A DNA stretch of 64,000 nucleotides from Macrostomum hystrix (lineage: Eukaryota > Animalia > Platyhelminthes): positions 1,736,001 through 1,800,000 of the forward strand of contig CATNEN010000001.1 of assembly GCA_950097015.1 (NCBI GenBank). The letters run 5' to 3'. The translations under genes and the position numbers were made by a program. Numbering within the stretch: the first letter of the stretch is position 1; the number at the start of each line of letters is the position of its first letter. Shown here one piece after another: positions 50,214 through 63,969 of this stretch. The notes beneath the pieces were generated by a model. The model saw only the letters and a program-made list of their open reading frames with translations. It was not told where the DNA came from and ran no database searches.

Positions 50214-50931
50214 ATGAGATAAACAGAATGTAATACATATCGTTACAATAGTCATGTGCAGAAAATAGCTTTAGCCAGCAAAAGCCATAGACATTAAATA
50301 CAAAAATAGAACTAATTAAGCTTGGTTCTCAAAAGCGCGCCTCAGATGCAATGGAACACGAATAGAGCTTTTATTCTATAATAGCTATATTTTGCGTTGC
50401 ATGACAAAAGTTGGCAACCTTGCGAGACTGTCTGTCTGTCTCTTGACGGTGGATTAAGAGAGGACACAAGTCACAGCGGTGCGTCATCATCAACTAGCAT
50501 CATAAGTCCTAGCTAAACGATTAGGCGCAGCTGCCTGGGAGGCAGGCTGGACGGCAGCGGGCAAGATCGACATGACGTCGTCGATGTCTTTGCCGCGTCG
50601 TCAGCTGTACATCACGGGACTAATCCAAAGCTGAGGGGACCCGATCGCGGACTTCACCTTCAGAATAATGTCAACAATACACACACGGACCACAGTTCAG
50701 TTAGTCGTCGCCGCCATTATATTTTTCGTCGACAAAGAAGAACTGGAAACAGCCGCCGCTACAGACGCAACAGCAGCAGCAGCAGCAGAAGAAAAAGCAA
50801 AAACAGCAATGACGATCAAAACAATCAGAATAGACGAAAAGGTAGAACGCGTTGCCCTACCCGAGAGACACAGTTATCACATACCGCAGCCTAATAAATG
50901 TTCTGAACTCATTCCGACCTTCCGTTTGCAG

Positions 50932-53339
50932 GCTCTGCTAGTAGTCGCTGCGATCCCCACTGCCGTTACAACCTGACTGTGGAATTCTGCCATCGCAGCT
51001 GGCGCCGCACCTTCAAGGCTTCAGCGTCAGTGTCTTCCGTAGGAGACACGGAGAAGTCTTTTTCCACTGAGAGTTCGTCGCTGTCTTTTTCAATCAGCAA
51101 CACGCCGAGGAAGCGTGCCGGAAGGCCCCTTCGGCATGGGCGAGGAATTGAACGGCTGAAACGGGATCATTGGAGGAGCGAGGTATCTTGGCACAGCGCG
51201 AGTTGCATGCTGCAAGCCAAAAACAGCGACTGCCAATCAAATTCTTATGAAGAATCCTCAAGACATCAACAATCCTTGGAGCAGCCCATGTCCCCACGAA
51301 CACTTTGTAGTCAGGAGCCCAGCAGCTGCAGCAGCTGCAGCAAGTCAGATATGGGGTCTTCCTGCGAGGAAAGCTGCAGCCCGAATTCGTCGCTGTACTT
51401 AGAATGCTCAGATGAAGACTCGAGCTGTTTTTTATTCAAGTCGTCCTCAACACATCGTCAATTTTTCACAGTTCTGCTCGTCTGTATGAAAATTAAAAGA
51501 GGCCAGATGCGGCCTTTAATAGCCTCCAAAATTTCCCAGAAGACAGAGAAGGAGAAAATTAGTCAGCAGCCTTCGAGTTCGAAAAGCAGCGAATCGGACG
51601 AATCGCTTGACTCACTGCCAGCGCCATCAAGACGATCAGATCAGTCATCAGCTCAGCAACATCCGCGCTCGACGGTGTTGTCGTCACGTCCTCCGTCTTC
51701 GGCGCCAACGGTTCGGAAGGCACGGCAGTCTTCACAACAGCGGCCATCTCAGCCGCTAGAACGGAAATCAAAGTCAACAATTCGCTCAGACAAGCCAACA
51801 GCCTTCGATGTGGTATCGACGGAACCGCCGTCTAGACAGCAGAAATATTCATCAGAAAGAGTTTCACAGCGTTCTCAGTTGCAACATTGGTCAATGCAGC
51901 CAACAGAATTCGATGACCAATTGACAGAACCACCGACAATACAACAGAAATATTCAACAGACAGAGTTTCACAGCAACCTCAGTTGCAACATCGGTCAAT
52001 GCAGCCAACAGAATTCGATGACCAATTGACAGAACCACCGACAATACAACAGAAATACTCAACAGACAGAGTTTCACAGCAACCTCAGTTGCAACATTGG
52101 TCAATGCAGCCAACAGAATTCGATGACCAATTGACAGAACCACCGACAATACAACAGAAATACTCAACAGACAGAGTTTCACAGCAACCTCAGTTGCAAC
52201 ATCGGTCAATGCAGCAAACAGAATTCGATGACCAGTTGACAGAACCACCGGCTATGCAACAGAAATACTCAACAGACAGAGTTTCACAGCAACCTCAGTT
52301 GCAACATCGGTCAATGCAGCCAACAGAATTCGATGACCAATTGACAGAACCAACGTCTAGACAGCAGAAATACTCAACAGAAAGAGTTTCACAGCAACCT
52401 CAGTTACAGTATCGCCCTAGCCGGCTAAGTGAGAATCAGCAAACGTCCTATGACATGAACGAACAAGAATCGGTACTCATCGGTACAGCAGCTAGGCCAA
52501 CCTCGGCAGCGCGGGAGCCCTTTTCGCCACCGACGCCTCACGCCCCGCGATCATCCAGACATTCTCAAATGCGGCACTCAAACCGAAAGACCACTTTTCA
52601 GACCGGACAGACTTCTTTCTCTTTAGAGTCACTGGGATATCCTTCTGAACAGACGCAGCACCCGCCGCAACCTCCGTCGCTGCCGCCCTCATCGCTTCAG
52701 TCAGTTTTTCAGCCACTGACTTCTTCTTGTGGTAAAAATTCATTTTACAGCGAGCAGCCGCCAGCCCAGTCGATGTCGACGTCTTTATTTCAGCGGCCAT
52801 CAATACCGGCATCACAACTAGGACAAGCTACGCCGTCGCAGCAACTAGAAGACTGGTCAACATGGAGTCGGCGGCTAACTGAGCAGGTGGAAAATTCCTT
52901 TCAAAAGTTGCAATCGCAACTTCGGAAGGATTCAGACCGCACATCGCCCAGGTCGATCGCCTCCACGCAGCGTCGGAATCGTCAGCCGAGTCGAAAATGC
53001 CGACCACCGAGCAACCCTTCGCCGTCCAGCTGCTGCAGCAGCCAAAGTTCGTTTTACCTGCCCAGCTCGGATTCTGACAGCTGTCTTCAAAAGCCGTCAC
53101 CAGATTCCTCATATAAGCAGTGTACAATGAGCATTCGAAGCAGTCACAGTCGTATCTGCAACAATCGCTGCCGTCAGCTTCTGATGCTGCAACGATGTCA
53201 ACAGCAACGTTCGGCGAAGCTACGGCAGCGGTGCAGGCATGCGCCTCTTTGTGCAGACGATTCCCGTTCAACGGGAGTCGGTGGTTCATCAATTTGTCAT
53301 TGCTGCCTACAGTCAGCAAAAAAGTTTACATACATGTGA
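50932..53339 (+). CDS. Uncharacterised Ser/Gln/Arg-rich low-complexity protein with an internal 35-aa tandem repeat and a Cys-rich C-terminus (probably the last exon; candidate upstream exon ending at 50841)
   Basis: 2.4-kb open frame, mostly non-repetitive. Acceptor tttgcag|50932 joins in phase 1 to an upstream Arg/Ser-rich frame via a 90-nt GT-AG intron (50842-50931). No recognisable domain; start codon not located. Confidence 0.6.
51820..52415 (+). repeat. 105-bp coding tandem repeat (about 5.6 copies)
   Basis: Encodes TEPPTIQQKYSTDRVSQQPQLQHRSMQPTEFDDQL; period 105 nt (51921, 52026). Confidence 0.93.
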
Positions 53340-54075
53340 CTCTTTTTACTATTGTCATTGCGAACTGGCCCTGTACTTTTTTTATTGTATTGAGCAAGTG
53401 TTGCGGCGACTTCAAAGTTTAAATTGGTGCCATGGAAGAAGTCATTTTCAGCGCCCATTTAAATTTGAAATACGCTTCATCTTGAGAAATGCAACGAATC
53501 CATTTCTTACAGCATGACCATTTATATTTTAAATCAAAGTGTTTACGATGACTTTCAGTGAGTAAAAACATGTGGAGACCAAATACAGACTATCGTTTAT
53601 AAACATATTTTCATGGGCCCTTTGCCTGGCTAACGTAGATGGAGTGCATTCAGCTTTTTTTATTTGCTAAGAATTTGATCATGCTCAGGTACAGGCAATT
53701 ATACTGTCTCAATAGCATGATGTGGTAACTTTCCTTGACAATATAACGTACTTTATTCACATGTTACTGTGTCAGAACTGAACGACCATTCAGCTGTGGT
53801 TGAATAAATTTTTTTTTGAAAGTTTAGAATGTCGACAGCTTTTTAGAAATGACGAAAAATAACTGAACTGTCAAACGAACTTATTCACTCAGAAAAAACT
53901 AATTCTCACCTGTCTGTAATTTTGGAGTTTAAAACCACTTTTAAGGGAATGGAAATCAATTTATTTTTATTAAAAAACAAATATAACAAGCAGAATAAAG
54001 CACGAAACAGAACTTTCCTACTTCCGGCTTTTTCCGGTCAAACGGCTTTCACAAAGTGTTATTCAACAACATCTT

Positions 54076-54190
54076 CAATTCAATTCAATTCAATTCAATT
54101 CAATTCAATTCAATTCAATTCAATCCAATCCAATTCAATTCAATTCAATTCAATTCAATTCAATTCAATTCAATTCAATTCAATTCAATT
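54076..54190. repeat. (CAATT)n microsatellite
   Basis: Directly visible. Confidence 0.95.
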
Positions 54191-54647
54191 CTACGGCTCG
54201 TATTACAACTGAAACAGTTCTTATCGAGCTAATTTCGCTCAGCATTATCTTTAATAAATTTTCGAATGATAATCTGCAATAAGCGCTTATTTAATTAAAA
54301 AAGATTACTAGTAAAACCACTCCGAAGCCTTGATAAACATGTACATACACCAGAGTGTGTACATGTTTACTTGAATGGCCAGGCTGGTGGGGAGGTGGGT
54401 GCCCACTGTCTAAACTAAAGATCGAGTAGCGGAAAGAAAGTTTGAAAACAAACCAGTCGCTTATCGATCCCAGCTTGAGCTATTTTTAGGCACGACGCCA
54501 AACGCGTACAACTTTCGCACATCATGAAGTCAGATAAAGCATAAAAAAGTGAAACCTCAATGTGCATTGTTTTTCATTGATTATTCGCTTCAAGTTCTAG
54601 TGCGACAAAGAGCATTAGTTAAACAAAGGCACGTCAGTTTTAAACAT

Positions 54648-57600
54648 CTAGAGCGACGGATCGCCGAACCCAACCTCGGACTGCAGGCTGCGCAATTCGT
54701 TGATTAGCAGTTCGTCTTCCAGGCCAACCTTGACAGCGTATTTGTATGTCTGTTCAGCTTCCAGGCGGCGGCCAGTGCGCAGACAGACTAGGCTGAGATA
54801 GGCCCAAACCTCCGGGTCGCGATTGTTCAGCAGGTTAGCTTCGGCCAGAGCGTCCTCGGCTTCCTGCAGATCGCCGAGCCGATAACAGGCAATGCCGACA
54901 CCAAGCCAGGACACGGCGGAAGGCGACCGTTTGCAGGCTAGCAGGAAGGTCTCCCTGGCCAGTCGGTAATCGCCAAGCTGCAGGTGTATGCTGGCCAGAC
55001 GCAGGATGACCGGATGCGGCTCGTCCGGATCGGTGGTCAGCGCCAGGACACGCTGATAACAGTCTCGGGCAGCCTGCACGTAGCCGACGAGGTACTTGAG
55101 ATGACCCATCAGGGCCCAGCCGTTGGCATCTGTTGGCGCCAATTGAAGCAGATCGTTAAGCGACACTTCGGCCGTTTCAAACTGCCTTTGCTGCATAGCT
55201 AGTCTAGCGTGAGCCAAGAAATAGTCCGGCGTCAGATCGCGTCCGGCGCCGCGCAGATGAGCGACTTCGTGAGCCAGGGCGCGCTCTGCGTAGGCCAGGG
55301 CCGAGTTAGCGATCAGGAACTTGGCGGCTCGCATGAACACCGACTGGCTGGGCGTTGGCGGTCTGGCCTCGGCTGCCGCTGCGGCTGCCGCCTCGGCTGC
55401 GGCTGCTGTGCCTGCTTCGTCAGATGAAGGTGCCGGTGTGCCAGAGGATGAGTTCTTGCCGGCTGGTTAAGGAAGGTAGGTTGCGTTGTACGTAAATTAG
55501 ATTAATTATATATATTGTGTGCCATTAAGAAGGACCAGAAGGTGATTGTCCAATGTTCTGAAGGACCAGAAGGTGATTGTCCGATGTTCTGAAGGACCAG
55601 AAGGTGATTGTCCGATGTTCTGAAGGACCAGAGGGTGATTGTCCAATGTTCTGAAGGACCAGAAGGTGATTGTCCAATGTTCTGAAGGACCAGAAGGTGA
55701 TTGTCCAATGTTCTGAAGGACCAGAAAGTGATTGTCCAATGTTCTGAAGGACCAGAAGGTGATTGTCCAATGTTCTGAAGGACCAGAAGGTGATTGTCCG
55801 ATGTTCTGAAGGACCAGAAGGTGATTGTCCGATGTTCTGAAGGACCAGAGGGTGATTGTCCAATGTTCTGAAGGACCAGAAGGTGATTGTCCAATGTTCT
55901 GAAGGACCAGAAAGTGATTGTCCAATGTTCTGAAGGACCAGAAGATAATTGAGCGAAGTTCTGAAGGACCAGAAGATAATTGAGCGAAGTTCTGAAGGAC
56001 CAGAAGGTGATTGTCCGATGTTCTGAAGGACCAGAAGGTGATTGTCCGATGTTCTGAAGGACCATAGGGTGATTGTCCAATGTTCTGAAGGACCAGAAGG
56101 TGATTGTCCAATGTTCTGAAGGACCAGAAGGTGATTGTCCAATGTTCTGAAGGACCAGAAAGTGATTGTCCAATGTTCTGAAGGACCAGAAGGTGATTGT
56201 CCAATGTTCTGAAGGACCAGAAGGTGATTGTCCGATGTTCTGAAGGACCAGAAGGTGATTGTCCGATGTTCTGAAGGACCAGAAGGTGATTGTCCAATGT
56301 TCTGAAGGACCAGAAAGTGATTGTCCAATGTTCTGAAGGACCAGAAGATAATTGAGCGAAGTTCTGAAGGACCAGAAGATAATTGAGCGAAGTTCTGAAG
56401 GACCAGAAGATAATTGAGCGAAGTTCTGAAGGACCAGAAGGTGATTGTCCGATGTTCTGAAGGACCAGAGGGTGATTGTCCAATGTTCTGAAGGACCAGA
56501 AGGTGATTGTCCAATGTTCTGAAGGACCAGAAGGTGATTGTCCAATGTTCTGAAGGACCAGAAGGTGATTGTCCAATGTTCTGAAGGACCAGAAGGTGAT
56601 TGTCCAATGTTCTGAAGGACCAGAAGGTGATTGTCCAATGTTCTGAAGGACCAGAAGATAATTGAGCGAAGTTCTGAAGGACCAGAAGGTAATTATGAAA
56701 ACTCCGAAGGATTAGAAGACACTTTACAAGCCACTGCTGCAAGCAAGAAAGCGATCATTTCGGCAAACACTTAAAGCGGCTAATTAGTTTTAAAACTACT
56801 CGGAGGCCGTAGCTACAGCAAAAAGGGCATAGAAGCACACATTGTTAATTTACTTTTTTAATGGCTAAAATGCTTTAAGCAATAAAGCACACAAGTGTTA
56901 AAATTGATAACAACAGCTATACAAAAAACGATTTAATAAAAACAGTTGAAGTGCTGAACGCAGCGTTTTAGATAGTTTTCTTACTTCAAAAATGTTAAAA
57001 TGAACGCACAAAAACCAATAAACCAATTAAAAGTAGATACCCAAAGTTGAATTGTCACACAAAATTTAAGTTGTGTCATCGGACAAAATGCTAGTCTAGC
57101 ATTAGTTATTCGGCTGTTTTTTATTTCTCTAATACCTTTGACGCTAGGCGTCTGTTTTCGTGTGTTGACCTGCGACTTTGACACCTGGCTTGTCTTTGCC
57201 AGCTTATTGTCGCTGTTCTGCAGCTGCTCGTTGCCGGCGGCCTCCACCTGAGGCGGCTGCGGCCCGGGCTGCGACGGGGAGTCGCCAGCCGCGGCTCCCA
57301 GCAAGTCGGCAGTTTTCTCTGCGATTTTTTTCAAGCGAGCCCGAAAATCGGTTTATTTAAGAGACTTAATGTCGTTTGCGGGCATCTAGTGAGTCATAGT
57401 GACTGTGCAATACAGAGGTGAAACTCGTGATATAGTAAGCTTTATAAGAAAGTTAATGTAAAAAACTGTTTAAACGTCAAGTTAATAACATGCAATTAAT
57501 CATAACTCAAAAACAGTGCATACGAGTAAACAAGGTACGTAGGTAGAATGATACGAGCGAATGTAACTTTAAGACATCATGATACCCACATCACTCTACA

Positions 57601-60600
57601 ACACCCACCTCAATCCGTGACAACCTCCTCACTCCGCGACACCCATCTAACTCCGCGACACCCACCTCACTCTGCGACACCCACCTCACTCCGCGAAACC
57701 CATCTAACTCCGCGACACCCACCTCACTCCGCGCCACCCACCTCACTCCGCGCCACCCACCTCACTCCGCGACACCCACCTCACTCCGCGCCACCCACCT
57801 CACTCCGCGCCACCCACCTCACTCCGCGACACCCACCTTAATCGAAGTCATCCATCTCATTTCGCTTGCGACAATCTTTATGTTTTCTAATCCAGTCTTA
57901 TATTACACGGCACTTTGACATACATGGTACTCCGCATAACCCAATATATCATCCAATGATTTTTAAATCGAGGTTTTAAATCGAGGTTCAGCTAACTTCA
58001 CACATTTCTAAAAAATCTAAGTAGAAAAGTCTAAAAAATCATAAGCTAAATCGTCGGCAAAACATTTTGTGCCTATGAAAGCTTACCCTCCTGAATGAGG
58101 TGCAACTGGCTGACGCCCGATTCCGCGTGAAGTGCAGCCGCAGCATCCTTCTCAGCTCTCTGCTTCGCCGCAGCCTCGGCCGTGTTGATCCGGTTAGCCT
58201 CCAGGAGGCTCATCTCGGCGCCAATATCGTTGCCAACAGAGTCGTAGTAGAGCAGCAGTAGGGTCCAAGCCACCAGAGAGTCCGGCCGGTGAGCTGTGGC
58301 CGCCTCAAGGTAGGTCTGCGCCTCCTGGTGACGTTCCTGAAGAGCTGTCACTACGCCCAACATCATCAGGCCCTGTGAGGATTTTCGAGGGAAACAAAAC
58401 TAAATTATGCTTAAGAAAGCATGCCGACGCCTCCTCACTTCAGGAAAACTCCCTCTCAGGGCACCAGACTATAAAACAGCCACCCCACTCCAGGACATCC
58501 ACCTCACTTTGCGAACAGCCAACCCACTCCAGGACAGCCAGCTCACTCCAGGACAGCCACCGCACTCCGCGGACAGCCAGCTCACTAAGCGGACAGCCAT
58601 TTCAATCCAGGATAGCCACCTCACTTCCCGGACAGACACCCCATTCCACGACATCTTTCTCACACAACCATCTCACACTCGTGTTTGGCTGAATCAAACA
58701 ATCACTCACATCCAGATGTGTCTGGTCCAGCGCTACAGTCTCGCGGAAGCACTCCTCGGCTTTGCCAACATCGCCAGTGGACAATGAGAAGACGCCATAG
58801 TCGTACCAGTGCTGCGGTCGCAACCGGTCCCTGGCAATGCGCTCCTGGTAGAGCTGCTGCGCCAGGCCCAGATTCTCGTTCACTTCAGCTTCGCGAGCAA
58901 AGTGGAGCAGCTGCTCCGAGTCGGTCACAGGAGCGGGCACTGGGACGCGGTCCTGCAGGCTGATAGCCTTTCGCATGCCGACCTGGAGCTGGTCGACCAG
59001 GTAGACGAACAGGTCTCGCAGGAATAGCTGCATCTCGGCCTGCGAATTCACGACAAAATGAGTTTTCCTTCAATTTCTTACCTTCGATAACGAGCTAGAA
59101 GAAATTTCCTACCTGATCCTGAAATCCAGTAGTTTTCATGTACTTCTCGCGAACAACCTTAATAACGGCGTATTTCAACTGCTCTTTGAAGGCGAAGTAT
59201 TTGCCGCTGGAATTCAACGAATACATCAGCTCCTGCCGCATTGACTCAATGCCGTCTGGAGTCAGCGGCAGTTGGCCGCTGCGAATGCTGTCGGCGAATA
59301 GGGAGCGAAATTCTTCCAGAACTCGGCCGGAAATCTCCGCAACCTGTTGGTGATAGTCGCCCAGAGCCTTCTCAGCCGAATTGGTGCGCTTCGGGTACAT
59401 CGGCCGAGCCGGAATGTACTCGGCAACTCTGCGGTAGAGGGATTACATTCATTAGGGACTATAGGGAGGAATTTATCAAAAACTTTTACGCATGACCTCA
59501 CCCCACCTCACTCAGATCGAAGCCCTCAACCGGCACCCACCTCACTCCCTGCCCTGCAAAGCAATCCTCACCCGATACTTACCTCACTCCCTGCCCTGCA
59601 AAGCAATCCTCACCCGACACCCACCTCACTCCCTGCCCCAGATCGAAGCCCACAACCGGCACCCACCTCACTCCCTGCCCTGCAAAGCAATCCTCACCCG
59701 ACACCCACCTCACTCCCTGCCCTAGATCGAAGCCCTCAACCGGCACCCACCTCACTCCCTGCCCTGCAAAGCAATCCTCACCCGACACCCACCTCACTCC
59801 CTATCCTGCAAAGCAATCCTCACCCGACACCCACCTCACTCCCTGCCCCAGATCAAAGCCCTCAACCGGCACCCACCTCACTCCCTGCCCTGCAAAGCAA
59901 TCCTCACCCGACACTTACCTCACTCCCTGCCCCAGATCAAAGCCCTCAACCGGCACCCACCTCACTCCCTGTCCCAGATCGAAGCACTCAATCGACGCCC
60001 ACCTCAAGCCGCGAGTTAATAGAGCAGAATTTCACCCACCTCTTAGCCATCTCTTCTGGTGTGCGCTTCGGCACAAGCGGCTTGTCCAAGCAGATTTCAA
60101 TCATGACGTAGCTCTTGTGCTCCAGATACTGCTGGCCCTCAGGATTGGCCGGGACCTCTTCGGACTCGCTGATTTGAGCCTTGCTAGCCTGAAGTTTTTC
60201 AGAAAAATTGTAATAAAAAAAAACTGTACAAATTCGTTGAAACTTTAACCTTATTATAAGAATATTCAAATTAAAAGACAAGGAAGCTGCATTATGCATG
60301 GGGTCAATAAAAATTTATAAAGCGGAGGGCAAGAAAACGACTTATTACAGTACTCGTATGTATTGGTCTGCGTTAACGGACTCATGGCGCCATAGCAAAG
60401 TACTCGCGGTTCCGACTGCAGACAGCGCCGCTGTGTGTTCTGAGTTCCAGATTTTATCAATGACATTTACCCACCTCGCTCTATTTTTCATTCACCTCAC
60501 TTCCTATTTCACCCACCTCAATCTATATTTCACCCACCTCACTCCATATTTCACCCACCTCACTCCATATTTCACCCACCTCACTCCATATTTCACCCAC

Positions 60601-63079
60601 CTCACTCCATATCTCACTCACCTCACACACATTTCATCCAACTTCACCCACCATTAATTTTCATAAGGTGTGTACTGATACTGAATTTTAGGATTAAGAA
60701 TTAAGAGGAAACCTATTTTGATTTCTTAGGTACATAGGTACTTCAGGTGCGCAATAATGGTGTGGGATATTGTTGTGACAATTTTTCAGGATTCAGATAT
60801 TTTCCTTTCTTTACAAAAAGGAAGAAAGTTGTCGTGCGCTTTAAGGTTTAGTGTGTCACTTTGATTTGTCCAACAATTTGCACTTATGGACTACAAAAGT
60901 TTATTCTCTAGTTCTCCATGTCTGCCATTGTCTTTACTTTCATAATCGCGCCGGCTGCTTGCAAAGATTGTTGCTGTTGCTGGCGAATTGAAACACGCTA
61001 GAACCAGAAAGGAGTAATATTTATATGATTGTTAATGTCGTTAATTCCAGAAGCATCTAGCTCTGTATATATTGCCTATTGGAGTAGGAGTGGTTCACTA
61101 AATGAGACATTTGCATGCAGCTCTTTGTACGACATCGTACATACATATGCGCTGATAAAACATGTAAATAAAAGCGCATAAAATGGTTTTGTTCTGTAAA
61201 CATTATTACATGTTCATGCACAATTCAGGATTAAAACTAAGCAGATAAACATGGGCAGTAAACAGCGCTTCCTCAACCAGAAGGCGAGAAGCGACAAAAG
61301 CGATTCCATATCTAGCGTCGTAGAAAGAACTCCCAGTTAAAAATCCCAGTTTGAATTCGCGCGCAAAAGCCGGAAATTTTCAACCAAGACGCATACTTTT
61401 CTAGATAAATGCCGATAACACACAAAACACTGCCTCGTGAAAACAAAATGATAATATAAGCACCAGATATTTTATCAACACTGAGATTTCAAGAATGACA
61501 AGAGGGCCCAATAGAAATGTGCGTTCAGCCATTAAGTTTTGTGCTGCTTGACATCTGACAGTCGGAAAGTGCATGAGATATCAGCTAACAGAAAAACAAA
61601 CACGCTGAAATAATATCACACTCATAAACCAATCAAAACAAATAAAAAATACTTTCAAATTACCATCTAAGACACATAAGCAACAATAATGATTTTTTGT
61701 GGAAGTTAGTAGCTCAAAATATTAGTTATCAAGTTTATCAACGAAAGAGGAAGCTAATTTCCACATTAGTAGTTGGTATGAAAACACATGTACAACTTCC
61801 TTAGGAAACTAATTTACTGGAAGAATAGAAAACTTTTTGTTATCTAGCACCATATTCAAGTAAATTTTTTTCTTTGTAACCATCACGTGACGCTTACTTT
61901 GAAGCTAAAAATAGAACTGACGTCAGTTGGCGCTTAGATTCGCCTAATAGCCACTGTTTTTAGCCACACAAACCAGAGGTTGCTATTAAAACCTTACCAA
62001 AGCTGGCTTGAACATTGAGCCCCTGCGACTAGTGGCACGATTTTCCTATCGAAAAATTGTGTTCGAAATGTGAGAAAATTCTGGCGCGATTCTCGTGACC
62101 TTGGTGACATACGTCTCGTATTCACTGAATCAATCAATAAAAGCGGAAAATTTGATATAACGTTTCTTGAGTAAACAATTGCTGTAAGAAATGGGCTATA
62201 CATCGAGTAATGAGAACTCGTGTTTTATAAATATAGATTTAATCAATAATAAAGTTAGTAAATTTGTTATAACTTGATCTGTTTAGGAACTCGTCAATTT
62301 AGACGAATTGTTTTGTGAATTGTTTGTAAAGGGAATTTGCGAGTAGGCTATCAGTGGGCAGACAAGTTTTACGTACATTTTGTGCATCAAATGTTGATTT
62401 AGCAGTAAAAATACCACGCTATTCTCCTCTGGGGAAAAACCACGGGAGGTTTCAAATACCCACTGCATGCCTACTTCACGACAGCTTCAAAAACTTATGA
62501 CCGATTTTCGGGAAAGTACACATTACTTTCGAAATTTTCCACCGATGAAATAACTTTCAAAGCCGTCGGATTCAGAATCGTCGAGATATTCAGCGATTGT
62601 TGCCAAAGACCCTGGTGACACGGTAAATATATATCGGTATTTGAAATACCCAGTGATCTTTCTGCCGTTAAACTCGAACTTTCAGACTTTTTGTATTATT
62701 ATATCGAACAAATTTTACATTTTCTTAGCATTCTGCTACTCATAGTAATACGTTAAGCGCTGGATTAAATATTCATTAAAAATACTTAAATATTATCAGT
62801 TCTATTAAATATCAATGCCTTAAAATTCAGTGAGCTAAATACATTCGTTAAAATATTAAAAAAATCCGTTACTTTAGATTTAGCCAAATATCTCACCTGC
62901 GGCTTCTTGTCGGCCCCAGCGGCGGCGCCTGCGGCTTTGTCGCCAGCCGCAGCGCCGGCGGCTTTCTTATCGGCGCCAGCTTTGTCAGCTTTCTTGCCAG
63001 TAGGGGTAGTGCTCGCCCTGTACATGTAGTTCACGGCAATGCGACCCGCCTCCTCGCCTAGGCCAGACTTGCGCTTCGT
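54648..63079 (-). CDS. CFAP70: Cilia- and flagella-associated protein 70 (TTC18, TPR protein), 3' part; exons 62897-63079, 60040-60188, 59113-59428, 58710-59039, 58087-58372, 57136-57318, 54648-55462; 5' exons lie beyond the window
   Basis: Recognisable CFAP70 segments SYVMIEICLDKPLVPKRTPEEMAKRVAEYIP, LNSSGKYFAFKEQLKYAVIKVVREKY and LFVYLVDQ, then C-terminal TPRs (WALMGHLKY, WLGVGIACYRL, AEDALAEANLLNN). All six introns are GT-AG with consistent phases (0,2,0,0,1,1). Confidence 0.92.
55527..56690. repeat. 31-bp minisatellite (gttctgaaggaccagaaggtgattgtccaat)n, CFAP70 intron
   Basis: Tandem array; source of three spurious minus-strand ORFs. Confidence 0.96.
57580..57840. repeat. 20-bp minisatellite (cacccacctcactccgcgac)n, CFAP70 intron
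   Basis: Tandem array. Confidence 0.88.
59500..60005. repeat. 42-bp minisatellite (cacccacctcactccctgccctgcaaagcaatcctcacccga)n, CFAP70 intron
   Basis: Tandem array with two alternating variants. Confidence 0.9.
60466..60652. repeat. About 21-bp minisatellite (tttcacccacctcactccata)n, CFAP70 intron
   Basis: Tandem array. Confidence 0.85.
62398..62672. mobile_element. MITE-like dispersed repeat, copy 2 (CFAP70 intron)
   Basis: Homologous to 49870-50213; ends tttagcagtaaaaataccac / gtgatctttctgccgttaaa form an imperfect inverted repeat. Confidence 0.6.
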
Positions 63080-63094
63080 CTGATTGGCGGAGCA

Positions 63095-63150
63095 GTAGAT
63101 AGTAGATGGTAGATAGTAGATAGTAGATGGTAGATAGTAGATAGTAGATG

Positions 63151-63192
<42 letters not shown>

Positions 63193-63215
63193 ATAGATGG
63201 TAGATAGCAGACAGC

Positions 63216-63252
<37 letters not shown>

Positions 63253-63278
63253 ATAATAGATTGTAGATAGTAGACAGC

Positions 63279-63311
<33 letters not shown>

Positions 63312-63325
63312 ATAGATAGTAGATG

Positions 63326-63374
<49 letters not shown>

Positions 63375-63465
63375 ATAGATAGTAGATGGTAGATAGTAGA
63401 TAGTAGATAGTAGATAATAGCTAGTAGATAGTAGATGGTAGATAGTAGATAGTAGATAGTAGATG

Positions 63466-63499
<34 letters not shown>

Positions 63500-63528
63500 G
63501 GTAGATAATAGCTAGTAGATAGTAGATG

Positions 63529-63570
<42 letters not shown>

Positions 63571-63575
63571 ATCGC

Positions 63576-63619
<44 letters not shown>

Positions 63620-63624
63620 ATAGC

Positions 63625-63668
<44 letters not shown>

Positions 63669-63759
63669 ATAGATAGTAGATGGTAGATAGTAGATAGTAG
63701 ATAGTAGATAATAGCTAGTAGATAGTAGATGGTAGATAGTAGATAGTAGATAGTAGATG

Positions 63760-63793
<34 letters not shown>

Positions 63794-63822
63794 GGTAGAT
63801 AATAGCTAGTAGATAGTAGATG

Positions 63823-63864
<42 letters not shown>

Positions 63865-63869
63865 ATCGC

Positions 63870-63913
<44 letters not shown>

Positions 63914-63918
63914 ATAGC

Positions 63919-63969
<51 letters not shown>

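Noticed and set aside
55502-56742. Three overlapping minus-strand ORFs of 356-405 aa; superficially CRISPR-like 31-bp periodicity
   Set aside because: Pure tandem repeat in a CFAP70 intron. No unique spacers, no cas genes, eukaryotic context.
60340-61010. GC-richer patches in the large CFAP70 intron as extra exons
   Set aside because: The flanking exons already join in phase 0, and I could not define matching donor/acceptor pairs.
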